Notes: generated by a model from the letters alone, not told the origin. A DNA stretch of 64,000 bases from Bacillota bacterium (GCA_009711765.1 VEND01000074.1:6835-70834); one strand, 5' to 3'. Shown: positions 49,681 to 60,438, counted from the first letter of the stretch. Made by a program: numbers and translations.

Positions 49681-50610
49681 TTAAACTAATTGCTTTAATA
49701 GTTTAATCCCTTCCTTATAGTACTCATTCACTACATCATAAGTCCAACTACATATAACTAGACCACAATACAATAAATAAAAATTTATTTTTTCGTTATT
49801 TGTATCTTTATCATCAAAATATTTATTATATCCTCTATAAAAGGCTGTTTTATAACTTTTGCTCTCTAAAAAATATTTATGATAAAGTGTAGCTATATCT
49901 TGGTCTTTATCCCAAGGAATGCACTGTTCAAAGTCTAAAACTCCAGATAATCTCCATCTCCCATCTGCCTTTTTAACTAATACATTCCTACCATCGAAAT
50001 CATTATGGGATAGTCTAGATACACTGACATTATCTATTAGATGATAACTATCTCTTAACTTTTTAGCTGCTTTCCTTTGTAGCTTTATATCAGGTAATTG
50101 TTGTTTTAATAAATTATCTAAAGTTCTTTCGCATCTTCTTACAAAAACTTTTCTATAATTTTTTATATTTTCTATACTTTTTCCGTGTCTATTCCAATTA
50201 CCAAAAAAATCGAATGTTTTATAACTATGTATTTTCCCTAATTCAATACCCATTTCTTCAAGTATATGTAATTGATCTAATATATCCATTTCTTTTCTAA
50301 CCTTATCAAAAACCTTCCCTTTTATGTACTCTGTTATTAACCATTCTGTTCCATCTTTTAGTTTTCCATTAGCAATTATTTTAGGACTCTTAACATCGCT
50401 TTCAGTTAACAAATTTAAAGAAGCTATTTCTCTATTACGCCTATTTTTTTTATAATATAATTTAAAAACCACAGAATTATTAAATCTATCAGTTACAAGA
50501 TATACTAGATGCCTATCTAGTTGATGATTTCCGATAGGTGTAACCTTAACTTCTTTATTTAATATGTTCTCAACTTTTTCTTTAATCTGAGCATCAGTAT
50601 ACTTTAACAT
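49681..50610 (-). CDS. APH/choline-kinase family phosphotransferase
   Basis: VFK, RE, LITEYIKG, LGKIH, HNDFDGRN (Brenner motif), LDFE. Confidence 0.88.
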   Translation of the reverse strand: MLKYTDAQIKEKVENILNKEVKVTPIGNHQLDRHLVYLVTDRFNNSVVFKLYYKKNRRNREIASLNLLTESDVKSPKIIANGKLKDGTEWLITEYIKGKVFDKVRKEMDILDQLHILEEMGIELGKIHSYKTFDFFGNWNRHGKSIENIKNYRKVFVRRCERTLDNLLKQQLPDIKLQRKAAKKLRDSYHLIDNVSVSRLSHNDFDGRNVLVKKADGRWRLSGVLDFEQCIPWDKDQDIATLYHKYFLESKSYKTAFYRGYNKYFDDKDTNNEKINFYLLYCGLVICSWTYDVVNEYYKEGIKLLKQLV

Positions 50611-50728
50611 AATGACCTCCTGATAGTTAAGTAATATTATAATTAAATATTTATCTTTATTTCATAATTTTCTGAATTAATTTTATTATAAAAAGGGAAG
50701 ATATAAGTTATACCTTCCCCTTTCTTTC

Positions 50729-50814
50729 TGGTGCCGAGGGCGGGATTCGAACCCGCACGGAGTGTATCCACTACCCCCTCAAGATAGCGTGTCTGCCTAT
50801 TCCACCACCACGGC
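50729..50814 (-). tRNA. tRNA-Leu (anticodon GAG)
   Basis: GCCGTGGTGGTGGAATAGGCAGACACG-CTATC-TT-GAG-GG-GGTAG...GGTTCGAATCCC...ACCA, long variable arm. Confidence 0.95.
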
Positions 50815-50833
50815 ATTTTAAGGTTGTTAAATC

Positions 50834-50862
50834 ATTATAACCTTAAAGAAATTTAATGTCAA
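50834..50862 (-). promoter_or_regulatory. Sigma-A promoter of tRNA-Leu(GAG)
   Basis: TTGACA-17 nt-TATAAT. Confidence 0.85.
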
Positions 50863-50876
50863 GTATATAAACTTAG

Positions 50877-52589
50877 TTACTTATTTTGTAACTCTTCAGG
50901 AATAAACCACTTATCTATGTTATTGTAAATATTATAGGATTTTGGATTAATATCTCCTTTAATCCTATTATTCACTAAAAGTGCACTATTTTTAAAGAAT
51001 AGACTTACATAGGGTAAATCTTCTTTTATTAACTTGCTAATCTCTTCATACTTTTCTTTCTTTACTTGTCTTGATTTAGCTCTGAAGGCGCTTTCTAAAA
51101 GATTATCCATTTTTTCATTTTTATAATTTGTAATATTATTTTCAACTAATTTTGAATGGAATGCAAAAGATAAATCAGGTACTATTGAAAGATCCCAACT
51201 TAATAATGCCATTTCATAGTCTCCATCTTTCACTTTATTTTTTATTTCATTCCACTGCTCAATTGCTTCTTTTTCAGTGATATCTTTATTCTTATTTTCA
51301 CCTAATTTTTCAATTTCTACTTTTATGCCTATATTTTCTAAATCTTTCTTTATCATATTAGCAGTTTCAAACCTTAATTTGTTATAAGAATTTGTTAATA
51401 ATTTTATACTTAATTCCTTACCATTTATATCTTCATATATTTTATCATCATCTGTATCAGACCAACCATCAGCTTCTAAAATTTCTCTAGCCCTTTTAGC
51501 ATTATATCCATAAATAACGGATTTATCTTTTAAAAGCCATGAATCCGGATATATAGGTGTATCTACTTCAGTTGAATGGCCTAAATATACTTTTTTAATT
51601 ATCGATTGAGTATCTATAGCATAGGCTATTGCTTTTCTTAGATTTTTTCCCTTTTGACCTTTAAATATTTCTTTATCAAAATTGAAACCTAAAAATTCAT
51701 ATTCTTGTGTTATAAATTCATATATTTCTATATTTTTACTTTCAAAATACTTTTCCCAATCAACTCCAGAAGCTAAGGATAAATCAATATTGCCTGCTTC
51801 AAATGATGTAATAGATAATTCTTTGTCAGATAAAATATTACCTGTTATATTTTCTATATAAGGTTTTCCTTGCCACCAATTATCATTTGCAGTTAGCCTA
51901 ATGTTTTTAAGTTTATTATATTCAACAAACTTATAAGGCCCTGTTCCTATTGCTTTTTTAATATAATCTTTATTTAAAGCATTTTTATATGTTGAAAACT
52001 GATGTTTAGGTATAATCGGGAATGTTAAACTTTCTAATGCGTTACTATAACTTTTATTAAAATAAATTTCAATATTATAATCATCAATAATGCTAACATC
52101 TATTATATGTTGTAAATTTTTTATATCAGATGAATCTAATGCTCCAACTAACATATCATTATAGAGACTATTACCCCTCATTAAAGTATCAAATGTAAAT
52201 TTTACATCCTCTGCATTAAATATTTCACCATCATGCCAAGAAACATTTTCTTTTAATTTAATAGTTATTCTTCTTCCTGTATCATCTATATTATAATTTT
52301 CTGCAAGTATCCCTTTTACATTGTGATTATTGTCAAATTCAAATAAACCTTCATAAATTAGTTTATTAAAATAATATAAACTCTTATTATTATTTAATAA
52401 AGGGTTTAAAGTATCAACATATGAAATAGGTACAACTAATTCTCCACCATAAGCAGGGGTATAATTTTTCTCTTCTTGTTTTTTATCTTCTTTATCGTCT
52501 TTAACTGGTTTATTATTAGCTTCACATCCTACCACAGAAAAAAACATTACTACTATTAATAATAAAGCAGTTATTTTTTTAATTCCCAA
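50877..52589 (-). CDS. Family-5 (OppA-like) ABC substrate-binding lipoprotein
   Basis: Lipobox VVGC, TLNP, WHDG..FNAEDVKFT, IGTGPYK, LRKAIAYAID. Confidence 0.92.
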   Translation of the reverse strand: MGIKKITALLLIVVMFFSVVGCEANNKPVKDDKEDKKQEEKNYTPAYGGELVVPISYVDTLNPLLNNNKSLYYFNKLIYEGLFEFDNNHNVKGILAENYNIDDTGRRITIKLKENVSWHDGEIFNAEDVKFTFDTLMRGNSLYNDMLVGALDSSDIKNLQHIIDVSIIDDYNIEIYFNKSYSNALESLTFPIIPKHQFSTYKNALNKDYIKKAIGTGPYKFVEYNKLKNIRLTANDNWWQGKPYIENITGNILSDKELSITSFEAGNIDLSLASGVDWEKYFESKNIEIYEFITQEYEFLGFNFDKEIFKGQKGKNLRKAIAYAIDTQSIIKKVYLGHSTEVDTPIYPDSWLLKDKSVIYGYNAKRAREILEADGWSDTDDDKIYEDINGKELSIKLLTNSYNKLRFETANMIKKDLENIGIKVEIEKLGENKNKDITEKEAIEQWNEIKNKVKDGDYEMALLSWDLSIVPDLSFAFHSKLVENNITNYKNEKMDNLLESAFRAKSRQVKKEKYEEISKLIKEDLPYVSLFFKNSALLVNNRIKGDINPKSYNIYNNIDKWFIPEELQNK

Positions 52590-52606
52590 AGTAATTCCTC
52601 CTTAAG

Positions 52607-53653
52607 CTATATCATTTTTACTAACTTATCATTATCTATAATCCCTGGTATTCTTCCTCTCTTAGCTACAGGTTTCCCTTCAACTTCTTTTATATCCATT
52701 GTCATATCAATTGCTTTAGCCCCTGATATGTAACTTCCAACACCAAATGCATCTGCTCCTGCTTTTTTAAGTATTTCTATTTTTTCAGGTTTTAATCCTC
52801 CTGATACAAATATTTTAACCCAATTAAAACCGTTAATATCTAATTTAGCTCTTAATTCTTTGATTAATTCCTTTGTAACTCCTCCTCTTTCACTAGGAGT
52901 ATCTATTCTAACTCCATAAAGGTTTTCACCTAATTCATTTGCTATTCTTAAAGCTTCCTCTACTTCGTCTTTAAAAGTATCTATTAAAACTATTCTTTTA
53001 TGGTCCTTTGGCATAATTTCATCATATGCTTTAGCCACCTTTAAAGTATCTCCAGCAATTAAAAATGATGCATGGGGTAAAGTCCCTGAAGGTTCTTCTT
53101 TTATAAATTTTGATGTTAATATATTACTTACCGCACTAGCACCACCTATCCTAGCAGCTCTTTCCATAACAGGTGCTACTGCTGGGTGAAGATGTCTCGT
53201 TCCAAAGCAAACAAAATTCTTTTCTCCACAGGCTTCCTTTACTTCTTTTGCTGCCGTGGCCCAACCACTAGGACTTGCTAAACAACCTAATATTACAGAT
53301 TCATATTTTCCGAATTCCTTATAAGGACCTTTTATCCTTACTAAAGTATCCTTAGGTCCGAATTCTTCTCCTTCTTCTAATGCCCACATTTCTATATTTT
53401 TATCCTTTAATATATTTTTTATTTCTTCTATTCCAACTAATATTCCACTTTTCCTTGCGAAAATTTCTGCTGTAACTTCTTTATCGCCAATTTCCATATA
53501 ATTAAGTATATCTAAGGTTCTTAAAAAGTAAATATCAGTAGTAGCTCCATTAAGTATCTCTTCTTCATTAGCAGAAAATAGTTTCCTATTTTCTGTGTCT
53601 ATTTTTAAATTCTTTACATCATTTAAGTTTTTAAGATCTTTCATAAGTTTCAT
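52607..53653 (-). CDS. pncB: Nicotinate phosphoribosyltransferase
   Basis: TDIYF, FGTR, GTLPH, LIDTF, GVRIDTP, SGG, FGVG. Confidence 0.9.
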   Translation of the reverse strand: MKLMKDLKNLNDVKNLKIDTENRKLFSANEEEILNGATTDIYFLRTLDILNYMEIGDKEVTAEIFARKSGILVGIEEIKNILKDKNIEMWALEEGEEFGPKDTLVRIKGPYKEFGKYESVILGCLASPSGWATAAKEVKEACGEKNFVCFGTRHLHPAVAPVMERAARIGGASAVSNILTSKFIKEEPSGTLPHASFLIAGDTLKVAKAYDEIMPKDHKRIVLIDTFKDEVEEALRIANELGENLYGVRIDTPSERGGVTKELIKELRAKLDINGFNWVKIFVSGGLKPEKIEILKKAGADAFGVGSYISGAKAIDMTMDIKEVEGKPVAKRGRIPGIIDNDKLVKMI

Positions 53654-53767
53654 CCTTTCTTGTTATACTAACTTGTCCAAACATATTTTTAATTCTTTTT
53701 AAAATGACATTACAATCTATTATAACAAACTTTTCATTAACATATTAGTCCAAATTAAAATAAATTA

Positions 53768-54331
53768 TTAATTTCTATAAATTTTTTTATATATGCTATA
53801 ATTTCTAGTTACCTTTTCTAGATATTTATCTGTCTCTTTAAAAGGAATCTTTTCTAGTTCTGTCCCATTTTTACTATATTTTTCATTCTTTAACCACTTA
53901 TTAACGTTTCCACTTCCTCCATTATATGCTGCTAGTACTAAATAAATATTATTATCAAACTGTTTAGTAAGTTTATTTACATACCAACAACCTATTTTAA
54001 TATTAACCTTAGGATTAAAAAGCATTTCTTCATTATAATCTTTAATTCCAATTTCTTTAGCAGCCCATGCTCCAGTAGCAGGCATTATTTGCATTAGTCC
54101 TAAGGCACCTTTATTAGATTTTGCATTAGGATTAAAATTACTCTCTGCTTTAATCATTGAAGCTATTAATAAATAATCCACTTTATATTCCTTAGAATAT
54201 TTTTTTATTTCACTTTCATATTTTATAGGATAGAGAATTTCACCTATCTTTTTATAATTAATAAGTGCAATAAAAATCATAGTTACAAGTAATAGCAAAA
54301 ATATTTTTCTTTTAATAACTGCACTCGGCAA
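53768..54331 (-). CDS. Lytic transglycosylase (SLT domain)
   Basis: AES.F, GLMQI, AAYNGG.GNV, ET..Y; N-terminal TM. Confidence 0.93.
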   Translation of the reverse strand: MPSAVIKRKIFLLLLVTMIFIALINYKKIGEILYPIKYESEIKKYSKEYKVDYLLIASMIKAESNFNPNAKSNKGALGLMQIMPATGAWAAKEIGIKDYNEEMLFNPKVNIKIGCWYVNKLTKQFDNNIYLVLAAYNGGSGNVNKWLKNEKYSKNGTELEKIPFKETDKYLEKVTRNYSIYKKIYRN

Positions 54332-54349
54332 AATAATCCCCCCAAAACT

Positions 54350-54958
54350 TTATAATTCCTGTAATAACTTTTTTATCTTCTCTATTAATAAGATTTTAGT
54401 ATCTGTATTATATATCACTACATCAGCTTCATTAATCTTTTCATTTAAAGGTTTCTGTGCTTTTATTCTTTTTATAGCACTTTCCTTATCTAGATTATCT
54501 CTCTTCATTAGTCTATCTAATTGTTGATTTTCATAGGCATAAACTAACCAAATCTCATCAAAATTAATACCCTTTCCTTCTAATTCTTTTCTAGTTTCTA
54601 ATAATAAGGGGATATCTAAAAAAACAACCCTATATTTTTCTAAATATTCATTAGTTCTTTTTTTTATTGTTTTTATTATATTAGGATGAATTATTTTATT
54701 TAACTTTAATCTTAGTTTATCATCTTTAAATATAATTGAGCCGAGTTTTTCTCTGTTAATAGATAAATCACTATTAAGTATTTCTTTCCCAAAATTTTTT
54801 ACTATTTTTTTATATGCAGGTTTATTAACTTCAACTACTTCCCGTGATATTTCATCTGCATCTACTACAGGATAATCGTTAGATTTTAAATATTTAGAAA
54901 CTGTACTCTTTCCTGAAGCTATTCCTCCTGTTAAACCTATAACTTTATTTTGTTTCAT
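54350..54958 (-). CDS. coaE: Dephospho-CoA kinase
   Basis: IGLTGGIASGKST, DAD, IIHP, DIPLL.E; ATG 54958 overlaps the polA end. Confidence 0.96.
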   Translation of the reverse strand: MKQNKVIGLTGGIASGKSTVSKYLKSNDYPVVDADEISREVVEVNKPAYKKIVKNFGKEILNSDLSINREKLGSIIFKDDKLRLKLNKIIHPNIIKTIKKRTNEYLEKYRVVFLDIPLLLETRKELEGKGINFDEIWLVYAYENQQLDRLMKRDNLDKESAIKRIKAQKPLNEKINEADVVIYNTDTKILLIEKIKKLLQEL

Positions 54959-57632
54959 ACCAATTATCACCTATATTCATATCAACCTTTAAAGGCACAT
55001 TAAGCTTAATAGCATTTTCCATCAAATTTTTAAGTAGATTTTTCACTTCATCAATTTCATCATTATGGGTTTCTATAATTAATTCATCATGAACCTGAAG
55101 TATTAGCTTAGATTTCATATTTTTATTCTTTAGCTCATTATAAACTTTAAGCATTGCTATTTTTATAATATCAGCTGCACTTCCCTGTATAGGTGTATTC
55201 ATAGCTGTTCTTTCCCCAAAACTTCTTACATTATAATTTCTATTATTTATCTCTGGTAAAAAACGTCTTCTATGAAGTATAGTCTTAACATATCCATTTT
55301 TCTTTGCTTCTTTCACTATATCATCCATATATTTTTTTACTTCTTTATAATTTTCAAAATACTTATCTATATATTTCTTAGCTTCTTTTCTACTAATTCC
55401 TAAATCTCTAGATAAGCCATAATCACTAATTCCATAAACAATTCCAAAATTAACAGCTTTTGCTCTACTTCTCATTAAGGAAGTTACTTTTTCCTTATCA
55501 ACATCAAAAACTTCTGATGCTGTTTTTGTATGAATATCCTCATTATCATAAAAAGCATTTTTAAGTTTAAAATCATCAGAAATATGGGCTAATACTCTTA
55601 ATTCGATTTGTGAATAATCAGCATCTACTAAAGAATAATTTTCATCTCGAGCAGTAAATACTTTTCTAATTTTTCTTCCTTCTTCTGTTTTTATAGGTAT
55701 ATTCTGAAGATTAGGTTCAGTACTACTAATCCTTCCTGTCGCTGTTATTGTCTGATTAAAGCTTGAATGTACCTTTTTCGTTTCACTATCTATTACATTT
55801 AATAGCCCATCAATATAGGTATTTTTTATTTTAACTATTTGTCTATATTCTAATATTTTTTCTATTACTTCATGCTTACCTTTAAGTTTTTCTAATACAG
55901 AAGCGCTTGTTGAATATCCTGTTTTTGTTTTTTTAATAGGTGGTAAATCAAGCTTTTCAAATAGTACCTTTCCTAACTGTTTAGGAGAATTAATATTAAA
56001 TTTTTCTCCTGATAAAGCATAAATTGATTTTGTTAAATTATCTATTTTTTCTTGAAATTCTTTTTCTAGACTTTCTAACTTTTTAATATCAACTTTAAAA
56101 CCATTAAACTCCATATCGGCTAAAACTTTAATTAGTGGCATTTCTATATTATTAAAAAGATCTACCATATCATATTCCTTAATTTTTTCCATAATTAGTT
56201 TTTCTATCTTTGAAATAACATTCACCTTAGTACAATGATATTCTGCTAACTTTTCTATTTCTAAATCTGTAAATTTCTTTTTCTTTTTACCTTTTCCTAA
56301 AAGTTCTTCTTCATCCTTTATCTCTATATTAAGGTATTCATTACATAAAGATTTCAAATTATAATTATTTTGAGTTGGATTTATTAAGTATTGTCCTATA
56401 ACGCTGTCAAAATATATACCATCAAGTTCTATATCATTTCTAAGTAATACTAAAATATCTGTTTTTATATTATGTCCTGACTTTTTAATTGAATTATCTT
56501 TAAAAATCTCTTTAAACGAATCTATAAAGCTACTAAATTTAATATTTTCATCAAAATCAATATAATAAGAATCATTTTCACTTACCTTTATTGTTATTCC
56601 TATTACTTTATCCTTTAGTGGGTTTTCGCCTTCTATTATAAATTTAAAATAAAACTTTTTATTAACTAATATTTCCTTTTTTACATTTTCAATATTAGAT
56701 TCTTTAGAAATAATATTAAATTTTGTACCTAGCTTTTCTTTTTTCTTTTCTATGACTTTTTTATCTATTTTATTTAAAAGACTTTTAAATCCTAACTTTT
56801 GATATAAGTCATATAATCCTTCTTCATCAGGCTTTTCTAATCTTAATTTAGTTATATCCACATCTATAGGCATATCAGTCACTATAGTAACTAATCTTTT
56901 ACTCATAAAAGCTTGAGGTTTATTCTCTATTAATTTTTCCTTTAATTTTTTTCCAGAAACCTCTTCAATATTTTCATAAACTTCTTCTAAAGTATTGAAT
57001 TTCTTTAATAACTTAATCCCAGTTTTTTCTCCAACTCCGGGAACCCCAGGAATATTATCTGACTTATCTCCCATAAGAGCCTTAAGGTCAATAAACTGCT
57101 TTGAAGATATTTCATATCTATTATACATTTCTTCTTCATCATACACTGATAAATTAGTTATACCTCTTTTAGTTATTAAAACTTTAGTCTTTTCACTTAC
57201 TAGTTGTAAATAATCCTTATCTCCAGTTACTAAAATAACTTCAAAGTCATTTTTCTCACCAATTTTTGCTACTGTACCTACTATATCATCGGCTTCAAAA
57301 CCCTCATATTCTAATCTATTAATATTTAACTTATCTAAAACATCCTTTAATATTGGAAACTGCATTTTCAATTCATCAGGTGTTTTCTTTCTTCCTGCTT
57401 TATAATCTTCATACTCCTTATGTCTAAATGTTGGGGATTTTAAATCAAATGCTACACTAACATAATCAGGATTATGTTCATCTAATATTCTATAAAGCAT
57501 AGTTAAAAAACCATAAACTCCATTAGTATGTATTCCATCTTTAGTTTTTAAAGGTGGTAATGCATAAAACGCTCTATGTAATAGACTGTTTCCATCTATA
57601 AGCATTAACTTATCCTTTGACAAAATTATCAA
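54945..57632 (-). CDS. polA: DNA polymerase I
   Basis: LIDGNSLLHRAFYA, GFEADD, GDKSDNIPGV, DYSQIELR, AKAVNFGIVYG, LQVHDEL. Confidence 0.98.
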   Translation of the reverse strand: MIILSKDKLMLIDGNSLLHRAFYALPPLKTKDGIHTNGVYGFLTMLYRILDEHNPDYVSVAFDLKSPTFRHKEYEDYKAGRKKTPDELKMQFPILKDVLDKLNINRLEYEGFEADDIVGTVAKIGEKNDFEVILVTGDKDYLQLVSEKTKVLITKRGITNLSVYDEEEMYNRYEISSKQFIDLKALMGDKSDNIPGVPGVGEKTGIKLLKKFNTLEEVYENIEEVSGKKLKEKLIENKPQAFMSKRLVTIVTDMPIDVDITKLRLEKPDEEGLYDLYQKLGFKSLLNKIDKKVIEKKKEKLGTKFNIISKESNIENVKKEILVNKKFYFKFIIEGENPLKDKVIGITIKVSENDSYYIDFDENIKFSSFIDSFKEIFKDNSIKKSGHNIKTDILVLLRNDIELDGIYFDSVIGQYLINPTQNNYNLKSLCNEYLNIEIKDEEELLGKGKKKKKFTDLEIEKLAEYHCTKVNVISKIEKLIMEKIKEYDMVDLFNNIEMPLIKVLADMEFNGFKVDIKKLESLEKEFQEKIDNLTKSIYALSGEKFNINSPKQLGKVLFEKLDLPPIKKTKTGYSTSASVLEKLKGKHEVIEKILEYRQIVKIKNTYIDGLLNVIDSETKKVHSSFNQTITATGRISSTEPNLQNIPIKTEEGRKIRKVFTARDENYSLVDADYSQIELRVLAHISDDFKLKNAFYDNEDIHTKTASEVFDVDKEKVTSLMRSRAKAVNFGIVYGISDYGLSRDLGISRKEAKKYIDKYFENYKEVKKYMDDIVKEAKKNGYVKTILHRRRFLPEINNRNYNVRSFGERTAMNTPIQGSAADIIKIAMLKVYNELKNKNMKSKLILQVHDELIIETHNDEIDEVKNLLKNLMENAIKLNVPLKVDMNIGDNWYETK

Positions 57633-57737
57633 CTCCTTAATTTACTTCTTTTAGTATTTGTTTTTTAAGTCAAGAAAATCCTCATATTTAAGTATATAGC
57701 AAAAAATATTTATAGTAAATAGGTTTAATAGCTAACA

Positions 57738-57772
57738 TAAAAAAACCAGTGAATACTCTCACTGGCTTTTTA
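57738..57772 (-). terminator. Terminator after the SIMPL gene
   Basis: aaaaccagtga...tcactggctttt. Confidence 0.7.
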
Positions 57773-57777
57773 TAAGT

Positions 57778-58509
57778 TTAATACTTATATATTACATTTA
57801 CCTTTGCTTTTATTTCTAACTCTCCACCCTCTATAGGAGTTATATTGCTTTTTAACTCAGCTGAGTTATAATATCTATCGACAGAATATGAAACACTTGA
57901 AGATTCATTTATTTTATAAGGCTTTCCTATTTCAACATCTACGGTTTCTGCTAATGCTTTAGCTTTCTTTTCAGCGTTTTTAACTGCCTTTTTTAAAGCT
58001 TTTATATAATATTCTTCCCTTTTATTAGTTCCAAATCGAATATTTCTTATATGATTTGCTCCTTTATCAGACACTTTATCTATAATGGTACCTACTTTTT
58101 CTATTTTATCTATTGTTATCTGAACTTCATTAATCACTCTATATCCTATTATTTCATTAGTTCCATCTTCTTTATTATATTTTCTTAATGTGTGTATATT
58201 ATATTTAATAGTTTTTATTGAGTCATCCTTTAAACCTTCATTTTTAAGCGCTTTAATTATATTTTCCATCTTTTCCTTATTTTCATTTTGCGCTAGATTA
58301 CTTTCTTTATTTTCTGTTTCTATACCAATATTTAAATAAGCTATATCAGGTTTTATCTTTACTGTAGCTTCTCCATTTACATTTATTGTATTAACCTCTT
58401 TTTCATCCGCTAAAACTACTTCATTAGAACTAAAATTTCCTGCTAAAAAGCCAACTCCCAATAAAAGTATAATTACTAATGTAATACATAAAGTCTTTAT
58501 CTTATACAT
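57778..58509 (-). CDS. SIMPL/DUF541 domain exported protein
   Basis: Signal peptide, INVNGEA.V...PDIA, GY.V.N, GAN, A.K.A..KA..LA. Confidence 0.9.
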   Translation of the reverse strand: MYKIKTLCITLVIILLLGVGFLAGNFSSNEVVLADEKEVNTINVNGEATVKIKPDIAYLNIGIETENKESNLAQNENKEKMENIIKALKNEGLKDDSIKTIKYNIHTLRKYNKEDGTNEIIGYRVINEVQITIDKIEKVGTIIDKVSDKGANHIRNIRFGTNKREEYYIKALKKAVKNAEKKAKALAETVDVEIGKPYKINESSSVSYSVDRYYNSAELKSNITPIEGGELEIKAKVNVIYKY

Positions 58510-58519
58510 TTAACCCCTC

Positions 58520-59701
58520 CTAGGATTTATTTACTAAATACCTTCTTATAAGTATAAAAATGACTAAAAGAGAGCCTATTAAAATTAATAAAGGTGATAT
58601 AGTTATTAAACCTATAATTATTCCTTCTATTCCTTTAGTAATTAAATTTACAGTTGATATAAAGCCCTCTTTAGCTTTAAACCATATTCCTTTATCAAGT
58701 GATTTTATTTCATTATTTAAATATTTAACCTCTGTAAGCTCAATATTTATAGTTGACATACTTACTAATCTATCCCAGTTTTTTATAGTCCCTGTATATC
58801 TATCTATTTCTTTTCTTATTCTCCTTAATTCATTTTCAATTTGTAATATATCTTCTATTTTATCTGCTTTTTTTAGTATTTCTCTTAATCTTTCTTCTTG
58901 TATTTTTAAATTTTTTATAGTATTTTTAGTATCAAAATATTGATTTGATATATCATTTCTAGTAACCCTTTTTGTATTTATCTTTCCTAAATTATCTAAA
59001 TATTTAATAGTATCATCAAATTTTTCTTCAGGTACTCTAAGAGTCAAATTAGCTTTTTTAAGTTTATCTTCACTATCTTTAGTCCTATAATCAATATCAT
59101 AACCAGATCGGACATTTTCCACATATCCATTAGCTTTTGTTATATAGTTATTTATTTTTTCTAAAGTATTATCATAGGATTTTATTTCTATTTGTAAATA
59201 AGCCTCTCTAATGATTTTTCTATCTGTGTTTATATTTTTCATATTATTATCATCCGATGTTAAATTTATTCTTTTTTTAGATTCATTTTTATTTTCATTT
59301 TGAGTAATGCTACTATTTTCAGGAGCGGCTTTATCGTAACTAAATTCTTCATTCTTTGCCCCTTGCATTAATTTATCATTATTTAAATAATTATTATAAA
59401 GTGTTACTGACATTAAAATTACTACTAGCCCTGCTGCTAATCCCATAAAGGGTTTAAACTTTATTTTTCTAGAAGTCTTTTTCTCACTTTCTAATTTACT
59501 TCTTAATTCTTTTTTATAATTTTTAGGTAACTCTACCTCTTCTTCTTTTTTTATATGATTTAATATTTTCATCATTTCTTTATATTCTTTCCTACACTTA
59601 CTACATTCTTTTAAATGTTTTTCAAATTCATTCTTTTTATTTTTATCTAACATTCCATCTATATAAAGTGACATTTCTTCTTTAAAATCTTTACATTTCA
59701 T
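58520..59701 (-). CDS. Zinc-finger (ZAS) anti-sigma factor fused to a DUF4349-like domain
   Basis: C...SLYIDG.L...HLKECSKC, TM, RKIIREA.L, LTLRVP, D.S..Y.D, C-terminal TM. Confidence 0.85.
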   Translation of the reverse strand: MKCKDFKEEMSLYIDGMLDKNKKNEFEKHLKECSKCRKEYKEMMKILNHIKKEEEVELPKNYKKELRSKLESEKKTSRKIKFKPFMGLAAGLVVILMSVTLYNNYLNNDKLMQGAKNEEFSYDKAAPENSSITQNENKNESKKRINLTSDDNNMKNINTDRKIIREAYLQIEIKSYDNTLEKINNYITKANGYVENVRSGYDIDYRTKDSEDKLKKANLTLRVPEEKFDDTIKYLDNLGKINTKRVTRNDISNQYFDTKNTIKNLKIQEERLREILKKADKIEDILQIENELRRIRKEIDRYTGTIKNWDRLVSMSTINIELTEVKYLNNEIKSLDKGIWFKAKEGFISTVNLITKGIEGIIIGLITISPLLILIGSLLVIFILIRRYLVNKS

Positions 59702-59722
59702 TTTATCCCTCCTTTCTACTAA

Positions 59723-60319
59723 TTAGACGAGTAAATCATTGTTTTGTTCCATTTGTTTAATAATTATTTCCTTTAGGTTATCTCTTCCTCTTTTAATTCT
59801 TGATTTTACCGTTCCTAAAGAACAATCTAATATCTCTGAAATTTCTTTATAAGAAAATTCTTGAATATCTCTTAAAATAATAACCGTTTTATGTATTTCA
59901 TCTAACTTATTAATAGCACTTTGTACAAATTCCCTAGTTAGTTTTTTATCTAATATCTCCTTTGGATCGGTAATTGATAAATCGGTAATTTCTCTTTTAA
60001 TCTCACCTTCCTCAGTTTGTATTGATTGATCTAGTGAGTAATTTTTTTTATTTTTCTTGATAAAGTCTATACATGTATTAACAACTATTCTATATAACCA
60101 AGTGGAAAATGAAGATTTATGATTAAATTTCTTTATTGATTTAAAAACCTTTATAAAGGCCTCTTGAGAAACATCCATAGCATCATTAGGATCTTTCAAC
60201 ATTTTAAGTGCAATATTATATGCCCTTTTTTCATGATTTTCTATTAATTTTTCAAAGGCATCGATATCTCCTTTTTTACATTTTTTAATTAATTTATATT
60301 CTACTTTCAATAATTTCAC
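59723..60319 (-). CDS. ECF-family sigma-70 factor
   Basis: GDIDAFEKL, DVSQEAF, FSTWLYRI..N, SYKEISEIL..SLGTVKSRI.RGR. Confidence 0.96.
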   Translation of the reverse strand: MKLLKVEYKLIKKCKKGDIDAFEKLIENHEKRAYNIALKMLKDPNDAMDVSQEAFIKVFKSIKKFNHKSSFSTWLYRIVVNTCIDFIKKNKKNYSLDQSIQTEEGEIKREITDLSITDPKEILDKKLTREFVQSAINKLDEIHKTVIILRDIQEFSYKEISEILDCSLGTVKSRIKRGRDNLKEIIIKQMEQNNDLLV

Positions 60320-60344
60320 CCCTTTCTTAAACTCCTATTATCCA

Positions 60345-60373
60345 TTAGACTTATTAAGTATATAAAAAGTTCC
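60345..60373 (-). promoter_or_regulatory. ECF-type autoregulatory promoter
   Basis: GGAACT-17 nt-GTCTAA immediately upstream of the sigma gene. Confidence 0.72.
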
Positions 60374-60384
60374 ATATTTATTCA

Positions 60385-60415
60385 AAAAAACTTCCTGAAA
60401 GTTCAGGAAGTTTTT
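60385..60415 (-). terminator. Terminator after the L,D-transpeptidase gene
   Basis: aaaaacttcctgaa-ag-ttcaggaagttttt. Confidence 0.8.
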
Positions 60416-60438
60416 ATAATATAATTTTACCCTTATAT

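Noticed and set aside
11307..58943. Many short opposite-strand or overlapping ORFs in the track (e.g. 17806-18270, 32504-32875, 38368-38742, 40721-41143, 41225-41629, 58560-58943)
   Set aside because: They lie over well-supported genes, have the Ser/Phe/Ile/Pro-rich composition of antisense shadows and lack RBSs.
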